Origin: Octopus bimaculoides
Lineage: Eukaryota
Assembly (NCBI RefSeq): GCF_001194135.2
Contig: NC_068981.1
Coordinates: 98,132,777-98,196,776 of the forward strand
Length of the DNA: 64,000 nucleotides
Reading direction: 5' to 3'
Positions 25,055 to 37,765 of this stretch are shown here, in pieces. The notes below the pieces were generated by a model that ran no database searches, was not told where the DNA came from, and saw only the letters and a program-made list of their open reading frames with translations. A program made the position numbers and the translations under genes. Numbering within the stretch: the stretch's first letter is position 1; each line of letters starts with the position of its first letter.

Positions 25055-26063
25055 NNNNNNNNNNNNNNNNNNNNNNNNNNNNNNNNNNNNNNNNNNNNNN
25101 NNNNNNNNNNNNNNNNNNNNNNNNNNNNNNNNNNNNNNNNNNNNNNNNNNNNNNNNNNNNNNNNNNNNNNNNNNNNNNNNNNNNNNNNNNNNNNNNNNNN
25201 NNNNNNNNNNNNNNNNNNNNNNNNNNNNNNNNNNNNNNNNNNNNNNNNNNNNNNNNNNNNNNNNNNNNNNNNNNNNNNNNNNNNNNNNNNNNNNNNNNNN
25301 NNNNNNNNNNNNNNNNNNNNNNNNNNNNNNNNNNNNNNNNNNNNNNNNNNNNNNNNNNNNNNNNNNNNNNNNNNNNNNNNNNNNNNNNNNNNNNNNNNNN
25401 NNNNNNNNNNNNNNNNNNNNNNNNNNNNNNNNNNNNNNNNNNNNNNNNNNNNNNNNNNNNNNNNNNNNNNNNNNNNNNNNNNNNNNNNNNNNNNNNNNNN
25501 NNNNNNNNNNNNNNNNNNNNNNNNNNNNNNNNNNNNNNNNNNNNNNNNNNNNNNNNNNNNNNNNNNNNNNNNNNNNNNNNNNNNNNNNNNNNNNNNNNNN
25601 NNNNNNNNNNNNNNNNNNNNNNNNNNNNNNNNNNNNNNNNNNNNNNNNNNNNNNNNNNNNNNNNNNNNNNNNNNNNNNNNNNNNNNNNNNNNNNNNNNNN
25701 NNNNNNNNNNNNNNNNNNNNNNNNNNNNNNNNNNNNNNNNNNNNNNNNNNNNNNNNNNNNNNNNNNNNNNNNNNNNNNNNNNNNNNNNNNNNNNNNNNNN
25801 NNNNNNNNNNNNNNNNNNNNNNNNNNNNNNNNNNNNNNNNNNNNNNNNNNNNNNNNNNNNNNNNNNNNNNNNNNNNNNNNNNNNNNNNNNNNNNNNNNNN
25901 NNNNNNNNNNNNNNNNNNNNNNNNNNNNNNNNNNNNNNNNNNNNNNNNNNNNNNNNNNNNNNNNNNNNNNNNNNNGGGGGGGGGGGTCCCACAAACACAA
26001 AGACACACATACACATAAATATATACATATATATATATTTAAATTAATAATAATATACATATG

Positions 26064-26470
26064 TATATAATTATGTCAAGGGAGCAAGGGCGAAAACGAC
26101 CTATCTCCAGCATCCTTGAAGTGCCGATACCTTAAAAAAACTACCAAAATCTCCAGAAAAATATACACATGGCTGAAAGCAGGCTAGTGGAAGAATAATA
26201 AAAAGACCTCACGTTAATTGTGAATTGGTTCCAAATTCTGGATTAAAGCCAAAAATAAGCTTTCTTCCTTCGTCAACACAATACATGGGGAAACATAAAT
26301 GCAAATAATTGTACATACCATACAAAGCAGGTTCACACGTCTACATACAAGTATTTGCATATATAGATCCAAGATAAGTCAATTTTAAATTCTCTCACAA
26401 AGGTATCGGCACTTCAAGCATGCTGGAGATAGGTTGTTTTTACCCTTTGTTCTCTTAATATAATTATATA
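26064..26470. mobile_element. MITE with ~70-bp imperfect terminal inverted repeats
   Basis: ...ACCTATCTCCAGCATCCTTGAAGTGCCGATACCTT (26098-26133) versus AAGGTATCGGCACTTCAAGCATGCTGGAGATAGGT (26400-26434). Confidence 0.75.
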
Positions 26471-26586
26471 ACATATGTATATTGTTATCAATTTAATGTA
26501 TAAATTGCCTATAAATTGTTATAGCACGCTGACTACTTGATAAAAATCATTAACATGATTTTTATTCTTATATTCTATTATGAATT

Positions 26587-26623
<37 letters not shown>

Positions 26624-27069
26624 ACTTCTCTCAGTTTCCAACTACCAAATACACTCACAAGGCATTGGTCAGCCTGAGGCTAAAGTGGAAGTGAACCCGG
26701 AACCATGTGGTTGGGAATCAAGCTTCTTACCACACAGCCATACCTGTGCCTGTAAATTATAAAAAGTAATTCCTCCTACAATAGAATATGAATGATATTC
26801 TTTAAAAATGCTTAGAAAAATACATAAGCTCATCAACGTTCAGAAAAATACTTAAGCATTAAATACTACAAAATTTACAGGAGGAAAAACACAGATCCTA
26901 ATCCTTCCTCAGTTGTCAACCGAAAATACTAATACCCAGTTTCACACCTGGTCAGTAACTGTGTCTGTCCTATGTGTACGTTTTGTAGTATTTAACACAT
27001 TTTTCATTTATGGAGTAACTGAACACCACACATCCTGATATATAGATATAGTCATCATATATACACACA

Positions 27070-29157
27070 CAGGGTGCGATGGGTAAATTGTCGCCATTTT
27101 ACATTTTTAATTTTGCGCACATGCATTGTTTGTTTTTAATTTTATTGACTACACAGTATAGTAGGGTCAGTTGGGCACTGTCTTTGAGAAAAAAACAGCA
27201 CCATGAGGCAATTCACTTTGCCAGAAATTTGAAAACGGCATGCTGTACTGCTTGGAATTCATGCCAGAAGCTCCAATACGAACATTTCAGAGTGTTTGGG
27301 TGTCAATCTGAGGACATATACCAAAAGTGACAGATGTCAAACATCCAGCCAACATCATGCTGTCTGGAGCGATCACTAGTGATGGTGACGTTATGCTTTC
27401 ATTCATCTTTCCACACGACTTCAGACTCGACACAGAGGCCTATATCACATGCCTGGAGGAGGTAGTGCGGCCCTGGGTCAAAAGGGTGGCTGCTGGAAAA
27501 CCCTATGTCTGGCATCAGGACTCTGCATCATGCTGCACAAGCAGGAGAACTCAGTCATGGTTGTGAGACAATTTCTGTGACCACATCACCCCTAGCATCT
27601 TGCCATCTAACTCCCCAGACTGCAACCCCTTTGATTATTCTGTGTTGGGCGTAGTTGCGTGAAAGACCAACAAAACTTCTTGTAACACCAAAGATGAACT
27701 GAAGGTAAGGATTATGGCAGCATACACCAACTTAAACAAGGAGACCATCCAGAAGAGTTGCAGGAGATTCTGAAGTTGTCTGGAGGCCGTAGTTGAAGCC
27801 AATGGTGATTTTCATCATCATCATCATCATCGTTTAACGTCCGCCTTCCATGCTAGCATGGGTTGGACGATTTGACTGAGGACTGGTGAAACCGGATGGC
27901 AACACCAGGCTCCAATCTAATTTGGCAGAGTTTCTACAGCTGGATGCCCTTCCTAACGACAACCACTCAGAGAGTGTAGTGGGTGCTTTTACGTGTCACC
28001 CGCACGAAAACGGCCACGCTCGAAATGGTGTCTTTTATGTGCCACCCACACAAGAGCCAGTCCAGGGGCACCGGCAACGATCTCGCTCGAAAAACCTCAT
28101 GTGTCACTCGCACAAGAGCCAGTCCATGGGCACTGGCAACGATTTCGCACGAAAGATATCATGTGTCGCCCGCACATGAGCCAGTCCAGGGGCACTGGCA
28201 ACTATCCCGCTCGAAAGATTTCATGTGTCACCCGAAATTTACTTTTTAGTATTTCAGGATAATTCTATGTAATTTTGGTAAATATATCTGTTAAAATGAG
28301 ATGTCAGTGTCATTTTCATTTTTGCGTAATTTAGATANNNNNNNNNNNNNNNNNNNNNNNNNNNNNNNNNNNNNNNNNNNNNNNNNNNNNNNNNNNNNNN
28401 NNNNNNNNNNNNNNNNNNNNNNNNNNNNNNNNNNNNNNNNNNNNNNNNNNNNNNNNNNNNNNNNNNNNNNNNNNNNNNNNNNNNNNNNNNNNNNNNNNNN
28501 NNNNNNNNNNNNNNNNNNNNNNNNNNNNNNNNNNNNNNNNNNNNNNNNNNNNNNNNNNNNNNNNNNNNNNNNNNNNNNNNNNNNNNNNNNNNNNNNNNNN
28601 NNNNNNNNNNNNNNNNNNNNNNNNNNNNNNNNNNNNNNNNNNNNNNNNNNNNNNNNNNNNNNNNNNNNNNNNNNNNNNNNNNNNNNNNNNNNNNNNNNNN
28701 NNNNNNNNNNNNNNNNNNNNNNNNNNNNNNNNNNNNNNNNNNNNNNNNNNNNNNNNNNNNNNNNNNNNNNNNNNNNNNNNNNNNNNNNNNNNNNNNNNNN
28801 NNNNNNNNNNNNNNNNNNNNNNNNNNNNNNNNNNNNNNNNNNNNNNNNNNNNNNNNNNNNNNNNNNNNNNNNNNACGATCTCGCTCGAAAAACCTCATGT
28901 GTCACTCGCACAAGAGCCAGTCCATGGGCACTGGCAACGATTTCGCACGAAAGATATCATGTGTCGCCCGCACATGAGCCAGTCCAGGGGCACTGGCAAC
29001 TATCCCGCTCGAAAGATTTCATGTGTCACCCGAAATTTACTTTTTAGTATTTCAGGATAATTCTATGTAATTTTGGTAAATATATCTGTTAAAATGAGAT
29101 GTCAGTGTCATTTTCATTTTTGCGTAATTTAGATAATAGTGTATTCACCACACCCTG
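27070..29157 (+). mobile_element. Defective DD37D (maT-type) Tc1/mariner transposon, with SINE D insertion and assembly gap
   Basis: Termini CAGGGTG...CACCCTG|TA. Transposase remnant KHPANIML...QDSAS(37 residues)D with SNSPDCNPFDY; in-frame stops. Confidence 0.75.
27815..28232 (-). mobile_element. Young SINE D with internal 62-bp tandem repeat (~3 copies)
   Basis: (CAT)n tail, CGTTTAACGTCCGCCTTCCATGCTAGCATGGG. Unit ATGTG(T/C)CAC...GAGCCAGTCCA(G/T)GGGCACTGGCAAC...GAAA. Confidence 0.8.
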
Positions 29158-29759
29158 TACATATATTGGCATAGTGGAAAAAGCTGAACAAACAACCTTT
29201 GCAGACTCTCCAAGACCAAAAACTAACACAGTTACACTTCTCTTGAGTTACAAAAACTTTGACACAGTTAAACTCCACTTGAGTTACAGCTCCACTTGAG
29301 TTATATATATATATATNNNNNNNNNNNNNNNNNNNNNNNNNNNNNNNNNNNNNNNNNNNNNNNNNNNNNNNNNNNNNNNNNNNNNNNNNNNNNNNNNNNN
29401 NNNNNNNNNNNNNNNNACAACAGAATGAGCACATAGGAAAACAGACAAGCCACATATGGAACTTTTATATATACCAAATGGCTATGGAGGTCCACCAGAG
29501 TAAAATAGGAATCAAAGGAGTCCATAGACAAAAAAATGGTTGAAAACCACTTGTCTAGGTGCTGGGAAGCATGATGTAGAATGTGGATGTTGTAATAAGG
29601 CAGTAAGCAGATGACCTGGAAGGTGCAGAAGTGGTGTTTGAGGCTGAGAAAAGAGATCAAGGGTGTTTGAAAGTGTGTGTGTGTCAGCAATACATGCAGA
29701 GGATAAAAGTAATTAATGAGGTGAGTTGATGATGATGAAAGATGTGATTTTAGCAATGG

Positions 29760-30880
29760 CAGCATCGATATGGGATGTGAAAAACAAGAAGAGTTGTAGC
29801 ACTGAACTTACCAAGGAAAATTACACCAAAGAGAGGAGAGGGGGGGGGCACGTCAAAACGGTAGAGGAGTAGGGGCCAAAATAAGACGTGGTTCCTCCTG
29901 ATGATGTCTTGAGCTAACTGGATCCTATAAAGGGGCTGTTGTGGTAGCAGACCACAAAACATGGTTGAAACTCCTTAGATACTGACTGCAGGGAAAGACT
30001 TGCTGACAATCCAGCAAGAGGGATGACAAAGCTGAGAGACGCTTGACAGTACGACAGCGTAATGAAGGATCAAATGGGCTTGCAGCCCAATGTGGGGTAA
30101 AATTGCAACAAAAAAGCATGGGAAATTATGCCTCCATGATCCTGGACCATGGGGGGAGAATAAAGAATCAAATAGGAATGGAAAAAAATGAAATGGACTT
30201 GGACTGGAAATGGACAATGAGAAAGGAAGCGGTAAAGGAATGGTAGATAATGAATTCAGCTGCTGTGGAAAGGTGTTTGCTAGTTACATCGGGCTGAGAA
30301 TCCACCAAGGGAAGGTGTGTCAGAAGAAAGTAATTCAACAACACGGGTTGATAAACCATAAGACGTGTGGCTGGAACCTCCTGGAAAATAACCTTAGCGA
30401 GGTTCATTTTACAGTTGAATTGGAACAGTCAGAAAGAGTGATAGGTGTGAAGAAGGCAAAGATTAAGTGGCTGAAGGCAAAGATTAAGTGGCCGAAGGCA
30501 AATGATGCAGCAAGTTATAAAAAATTTGACAACGAGGTAGCAAGAATTTCCACCAAATTCAAAGGCAACAACGAACAAGAGCTCAAGAACCTGGCTAATA
30601 CAATCTACCAGGAAGGAGAGAAAAGATTTGGACTGGAAACAACAGGGAAGGTAGAATCACCGGCAAACAGCAGATCATCGAGGAGAGAAAGACGGATCGC
30701 AAAGATTCGAGAAGAGAAGAAAAAACTCAGAACCAGATGGAGGGATGCAAAGGAAGAAGAAAGAGAAGGGCTAAAGCAGCTATATGAAGAGATAAAAAAG
30801 AGGTAACGAGAACTACTAAGAAAACAAAGAAGGAAGAGCAGAAGAAAGGAGAGAGAAAAGAACTATCGTAGCTTTGTGAT
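29760..30880 (+). mobile_element. 5' part of a HERO-like (R2-group, RLE) non-LTR retrotransposon; residual ORF 30210-30806
   Basis: Zn finger CCGKVFASYIGLRIHQGKVC; IKWPKAND...FDNEV; IYQEGEKRFG; SRRERRIAKIR...RW..A.EEEREGL. No RT domain follows. Clade from recalled motif similarity. Confidence 0.65.
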
Positions 30881-31536
30881 GATGTTTCAGAATGAAGTTT
30901 GAGAGATGAGTGTAACCCGAGTGGATTATAGATAAGAAGCGGGAGAATATCTTAAAGAGGAATATCTGTCTGTTAAAATAAATTGTGTGATAGTAAGAGA
31001 TGATGTGTGGAGTCTAGGTTGGATTTGAGTACTTTACTGCCAGAATTCCTCAGTAGATTTAGTATTCTGTTTTGGTATCTAATTGAGGTAGCTATGCACA
31101 TCCTGTTGGTTGATGCCTGTGTAGCACACAGATCACTATCACTCTTCAATCAAACCAACATCTTAATAACAGGAACTTTCACAATCAAGTCACATATGCC
31201 TGTTGCTCCAGGTAGTGTCAGAGAGCATACAGTTGTATGTGGGATAACACAATGTAGTAAGCCCCCCCACCAAAAAAAATGAATAAATAAACTGAAATTA
31301 AATCTATAATGAAAAGAAAAGTCATTAGCCTTAATAGCAATTATCGTCAAAGGTAGAAAACTCTAAAATTTAATTGATTACAAATTGAATGGAGTGATGT
31401 AGTGAGGAGGGAGTCTAATCTTTGGTAGGTATGATGTTAACATATTTAACTAAAAATAAACATGTGATGAGGAAATACCAGTATTAATCAATGACTAGTA
31501 ATATTTTCATTTGTTCAGCAAATACTATAGGCAACA

Positions 31537-31580
31537 ACTTTAAACATGTTTCAGTCTTATAATGATCTCATCGGTGAAGT
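31537..31580 (-). ncRNA. Degenerate minimal type I hammerhead-like motif
   Basis: ACUUCA-CCGAUGA-GAUC(AUUAUAA)GACU-GAAAC-AU-GUU-UAAAGU. Core U4 is mutated to C and stem II is imperfect. Confidence 0.4.
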
Positions 31581-33597
31581 ATCTGCTGAAATAATGATGA
31601 AATACTTGCCATTTCAGCAAATACAGAACAATGATAAGTACATGTACAAAATTTTACATTATTTGGCACAGAAAAGTTTTTAGTACATAACAACATGTTT
31701 CAGATGAAATGAAATGTTAAACTCATTTTCTATAATAGAATTATTCTTTTGAAATCTTGAAGTCATTATAATCTGCAAAATGGTCTATGGATTACAAACT
31801 GCCAGCAGCGTCTCTAGCAACAGATGTTTTCTTTGCCTGTTAATTAAATGAAACTTATGATACTTATCAGAATATAAGCCACTTTTCTGTTAATGCAAAT
31901 ATCTCAAAGTCACACTTTAAATATAACTCTAATCCTAGATATTACTATAGGCTGGAAAAAATGTTTCCTAAAATTTTTACAAATATAAAAATGTAATATA
32001 TATTTTGATAAAAATTATGGTGCATTTAAATTTATATTACAGATTTTAAAAAAGAAACAGTTTTGGCATACAGCTATTTATTAAATAATTCAACTGGACC
32101 TTTACTAGTGTAATACCTACCAGCTATTAAAACTACATGAATGCTTCCATTACAGCTAAAGATTTGCATTAAATATTTGTTTCTCTAACTAAATTACTAC
32201 CTGATTCATTTATATTAATCAGCTGTAAATTGTTAAATTCTATTTAGTATGCAACAAAGCTCCTAGACACTTTTACTATGGAAGTAGCTGTGACCAAGTT
32301 AGGAAGGAGTTAGCATCTGAATTTCTGTTTTAAAAACAATTCTAGATATGCATGTCACAAAACAGGTATGTTTGTATCCTATTGCAGATATTATGCAGCG
32401 TTCCTTTGAAAGTTAAAAAAAAATTTTTATAGTTCTTTCTTTTAATCATTGCAGAAGGATACTGTCTATTGCCCAGATCAGGCATTTTTATGGCTATTGT
32501 CTACTTACTCAGGAGAAGTTTCTTGAATTAAATAGCTGGCAAGACTAAAAATCAATGCAGTTATTGTGAAGACTGAAGAGTGAGAAATTGAGCTACTGTA
32601 TAAAAAGGATACTGTTCCAAAAGACAATGGTCCTAAAATGGATTGCAGATAGCATCTATCACAAGATTTAAAGAGAAAGTCAGGGCATGAGAGATATAAA
32701 GCTGACAGGTTAATGAAACAAGTTAGTCTGAGTGGAGGTTAGAGTACAGCTAGTAAGTTTTGTAAGAATGGAAACCATTATGATAGTGGAAAAAGTGGCC
32801 TGATCAATGGAGCAAGTTATATCAGGTTTCCCATTAGAAGGGTGTACACTGTTCAGATAGCTGGTTCTACTCTGAATGAAATCTAAAACACCAATCTGTT
32901 GGTATTTTTATTGTTGGTTAACCTTAGTTGAGTAACCCTATGATCAAAGGACTTCAAGAATGACTGTCCCATTTATGATGTGTATCCGAAATAATGTAGT
33001 GCTGGATACATGCATTGAGATGGTACAATTGAACTGAAAGAAGTTTGGCTGCGGTTTCTAGAAAGTCAAGGCTTCCATACCAGCATGATAAAAGAGAAAG
33101 AAGTGATAAAAGGTGTACCAAATATGAAAAAAGCACTCCATTGCAGAGCACTTTTTTATTTTCTCTTTCCTCCACCCCCATTTTTTTGTTTTTTTGTTCA
33201 GAATCAGTTCCTAAGACTATTTATAGTTATAGGTTCTGAAGAGAAAGCCAAACCAAGTGCAGAAAACTGAAGCTGTAAGAGCTATTTGTACTTTATGAAA
33301 GAATTAATAATATTGTATAATAATGGTAACATATGCTACCTCAGTTATACCATAGTAATAATATGACTATATTGTAAGTGTGAACGTACATAAATATATA
33401 AACCTGTCATTAAAACTCTGATGATAAAGGTATTTTCTTCATACCAAAATAAGGAAATGTCAGGATATATTAAGTTCCTCAGAAGTATTGTCAGAGTTAT
33501 AAAGAAGTTTGCATAGAAGAAATCTGAGAGCAAGTGATGTTATGGTTTCTTTTTAACAGACAGCCAGTAATGTAAAAAAACAAAATTTACACATTAT

Positions 33598-33915
33598 AGG
33601 CGCAGGTGTGGCTGTGTGGCAAGAAGTTTGCTTCCCAACCACATGGTTCCAGGTTTAGTCCCACTGCATGGGCAAGTGTCTTCTACAACAGCTTTGAGCT
33701 GACCAAAGCTTTGTGTCTGTGTTCAATGCCACTACCACTTGACAACCAGCACTGATGTGTTTACATCCCTGTAACTTAGCAGTTCAGCAAAAGAGACCAA
33801 TAGAATAAGTACTAGACTTAAATAAATAAAAAAAACAATTCATTTGACTAAAAAACCCTTCTAAGTGGTGCCCTAGCATGGCCACAGTCAAATGACTGAA
33901 ACAGGTAAAAGATAA
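33598..33915 (+). mobile_element. SINE A1
   Basis: GGCGCAGGTGTGGCTGTGTGG head to GACTGAAACAGGTAAAAG tail, with an internal deletion. Confidence 0.85.
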
Positions 33916-34245
33916 AAGATTACATTCTGAATGTGCATGTTAAATGCACATTCAATAAGCACAATTTTTTACACCAGGAAGAAAGAAAAGCCTCATGATA
34001 CATTAATACAATGATAAAATTCCAATACAAATGTAAATAGATAGCATACATTGTGGTGTTACAATGAGAGATCATAATAAAAGAGTATATGTCCCTTATC
34101 TCAGTTTGGAGATTACAGATAATCAGCAGATATTTGCTGTGATTTTTGTCTTTTCTTTGTTAAATAGAAACACATGAAACCTGGAAACAGAACAGCTTTA
34201 CGTAAGCAAATCATCAATAAAATTTACGTACATCATCATTATTAT

Positions 34246-34935
34246 TATTAAAGGTGGCCAGCTGGCAGGATGATTAGCGCAATGGATGAAACGCTTAGTG
34301 GTATTTTGCCTGTCACTATGTTCTGAGTTCAAATTCCTCTGAGGTCCACTTTGCCTTTCATCCTTTCAGGGTTGATAAATTAAGTACCAGTTGAGCACTG
34401 GGGTCAATGTAATCAACACATCCACTCCTTCAAAATGGCTGACCTTGTGGCAGAATTTGAAACCATTATTATTATTATTATTCTAAGGTAGCAAGCTAGC
34501 AGAATTGTTAGTATGCCAGGCAAAATGCTTAGTGGCATTTCGTTTTTCTTCATGTCCTGAGTTCAAATTCTGCCAAAGTTGACTTTGCCTTTCATCTTTC
34601 AAAGACAATAAAATAAGTACCAGTTGAGTGGGAGTGGGGGTGAGCAATAAAATTGACTTACCCCTTCCCTGAAATTGCTGGCCTTGTGCAAATATTTGAA
34701 ATCATTATTATTATTATTCTAAGGCAGTGGAGCTAGCAGAATCATTAGCACTAGGCAAAATGCTTAGCAGCATTTCATCTCTCTTTACGTTCTGAGTTCA
34801 AACTCAGCTGAGGATAACTTTGCTTTTCCTCCTTTCAAGGTTGATAAAAGAAATACCAGTTGAATACTGGGGATCAATGTAATTGACATACTCCCTACCC
34901 TGAACTTTGCTGGTTCTGTGTCAAAATTTGAAACC
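34246..34935 (+). mobile_element. Three head-to-tail SINE C copies separated by (ATT)n
   Basis: AAGGTGGCCAGCTGGCAGGA / AAGGTAGCAAGCTAGCAGAA / AAGGCAGTGGAGCTAGCAGAA starts, each ending TTTGAAA(C/T)CATTATT. Confidence 0.85.
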
Positions 34936-35492
34936 ATTATTAATTTTCTAAGCAGTTGCTTTGTCTATGCTTTAGTTTAAGCCAGTCCAAATATGCATTT
35001 CAAAACAAAACTGTACAGATATGTGAACTAGAGCATATGTAATCATGGTCAACATTTTCTAAGCAGCTGGAACATGAGTATATAGGACTAATATACCATG
35101 TGTGGTGAGTGTGCGTGCACGCGTGCAACCAAAGCAAGGTTGTATATGTGTAGTGGAACAGAGTGTTTCTTTCCTGAAGTGCCACATCTAATTGTTAATC
35201 ATTTAGTAAGTAGATTCTAACAAGCAGCAAATATACATAATGCAAAGAATAAACTTTAATACACCAGCATGATGGGAGAAGAATGGAATAGTTCTAAAGT
35301 ATTATTTCATCATCGACAATGGTTGAGGTCATAAAGTCTAAGCATATAGAAATCATTTTCCAGACAGCTTGCACTGTTCATGTTACAGATAGCACACAAT
35401 ACTGACACCACTGAGAGTACTGAAGCTGGCTTCTTAAATGTCACACATTGGTGAGCACATAAATGACACACAACATACATGTCACATATAGC

Positions 35493-35852
35493 TCGCTGGC
35501 ACTCCGTCGCTTACGACATCGAGGGTTCCAGTTGATCCAATCAACGGAACAGCCTGCTCGTAAAATTAACGTGCAAGTGGCTGAGCACTCCACAGACACG
35601 TGTACCCTTAACATAGTTCTCGGGGGATATTCAGCATGACACAGTGTGACAAAGCTGGCCCTTTGAATTACAGGCACAATAGAAACAGGAAGTAAGAGTG
35701 AGAGAAAGTTGTGGTGAAAGAGTACAGCAGGGTTCGCCACCATCCCCTGCCAGAGCTTCGTGGAGCTTTAGGTGTTTTCGCTCAACACTCACAACGCCCA
35801 GTCTGGGAATCGAAACTGCGATCCTATAACCACTGGGCCATTACGCCTCCAC
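35493..35852 (-). mobile_element. SINE B with TSD
   Basis: Matches 8701-9105; 11-bp TSD TCACATATAGC at 35482-35492 and 35853-35863. Confidence 0.88.
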
Positions 35853-36049
35853 TCACATATAGCACACAGTGCAGATATCACAAATGACACATGGTATAGG
35901 TGTTACAAATGACCCACAGCACAGATGTTGTGAATGATACACAGTATTCATATTAAATCAACACACAGCATAACACATAGCGCTACTGTTGTTTAGTTGT
36001 TAAGATAAAATCTATGGAAATTACAGGAATACAAAAATGATATTCTATC

Positions 36050-36249
36050 TTTTTACTAGTCAGTCATTGGATCTCGGCCATGCTGGGGCCCTGCCTTGAA
36101 CAGTTTAGTCATTCAGACCAACCCTAGTAGTTAGTTTTTAAGACTGGTACCTATTCTATCAGTCTCTTTTGCTGAACTGCTAGATTACTCAGACATAAAC
36201 AAACGAAGCAATGGGGAAGGAAACAAACACAAACACACCTACACACAAT

Positions 36250-36328
<79 letters not shown>

Positions 36329-36480
36329 TGTGTGTCGTGGGCTTCCACACAGTTTCTGTCACAAGGAATTGGTCAATCTGGGACTATAGCAGAAGGCACT
36401 CACCCAAGGTATTGTGCAGTGAGACTGAACCCAAAACCACATGGTTGCCAAGTGAACTCTTTAACCACACAGCATCCTCA
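36050..36480 (-). mobile_element. SINE A1 with (TG)n(TGCG)n centre
   Basis: A1 tail and head recognisable. Confidence 0.8.
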
Positions 36481-37374
36481 GTCACATGTAGAAAAATTCC
36501 AGAAAGCACTTGAAAAGCTTAGGGTAAAATAGTATTGTATTGTGAGAGGGCTTAAGAATAGTAAACAGCTAGAGTGACATAGAGCTGTTTCATGTGGTGA
36601 AAAGTTGAAGTCAAAGTGTAATAAGTCAGATTTTTTTTTTTTTTTTGGTAAAAACGAAAACATACCCAAACTAAAACTGTTACATGCCATGTGAAACAGG
36701 ACCAGCACCAAATTTATACAAATCTTCCCTCACAGCATGGGAATAAACTATATTAATATTCAAGCATTTTGAAGTTTGAAATATTCCAAGCATTTTAGAT
36801 AAAGAATTATCAACTGTAGCATAAAAGACATTTTAAAAAACTTTTTTAACTGCCAGAATATGGAAAATTGGTGAGATATGCAAATCATTTCAGTTATAAC
36901 TGTGTGATGTTAATGAGGTAGTTTGAAGTGGAGATTAATTTGTCAACAATTTATCACTGCCCTACTGAATACCAAGAGTGTCAATCTTAGTCTCAAAATT
37001 TCTGTAACAATCAAAGGCAATGCCTCTCCTCAACTAAACCCATTTTTANNNNNNNNNNNNNNNNNNNNNNNNNNNNNNNNNNNNNNNNNNNNNNNNNNNN
37101 NNNNNNNNNNNNNNNNNNNNNNNNNNNNNNNNNNNNNNNNNNNNNNNNNNNNNNNNNNNNNNNNNNNNNNNNNNNNNNNNNNNNNNNNNNNNNNNNNNNN
37201 NNNNNNNNNNNNNNNNNNNNNNNNNNNNTTTTCTGAAAGAAATCAAAGTAGTTATTATATCTCACATTTAATTTGGATAACTCAATGTTTCCAGCTGAAT
37301 ATTGGGAAATGTGAGAAATTGGAAAAGAGCAGCCAGGAACAGTGTGAAACTGTGTCTGTGATATGTGTACAATA

Positions 37375-37765
37375 GATGCACAAGAAGCTGTGTGGTTAAG
37401 AAGCTCGAAATCCTAATTATGTGGTCTTGGGTTCAGTCTCACTACATAGCACCTTGGGCAAGTGTCATCTGCTATAACCCCAGCTCAATCAAAGCCTTGT
37501 GAGTGGGTTTAGTGGACAGAAACTGAAAGAAGCCCATCATACATGTATTTGTGTGTGTTTTCACAATGCTTGTCCCCCACACTTGACAAGTAGTGTCGCT
37601 TTGTTTGTATCCCCATAACTTAGCAATACAGCAAAAGACACTGATAGAATAAGTATCAGGCTTAAAAAATAAGTACTAGAATTGATTTGTTTGATGATAC
37701 CCTTTAAGGTGGTGCTCCAGCATGGCCACAGTTCAATGCCTGAAACAAATAAGAAATAAAAGATG
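37375..37765 (+). mobile_element. SINE A1
   Basis: Complete head, body and tail. Confidence 0.8.

Noticed and set aside
27875-27900. CTGAGGA...GAAACCGG hammerhead-like string
   Set aside because: No room for stem II and no NUH cleavage triplet; part of SINE D.
28035-28232. 62-bp repeats (and 26-bp repeats at 50066-50275) as a CRISPR-like array
   Set aside because: Contiguous tandem units without unique spacers, inside a SINE, in a eukaryote; no cas genes.
28875-29135. Exact 261-bp direct duplication of 28077-28337
   Set aside because: Identical sequence on both sides of an N-gap: unmerged contig overlap, not biology.
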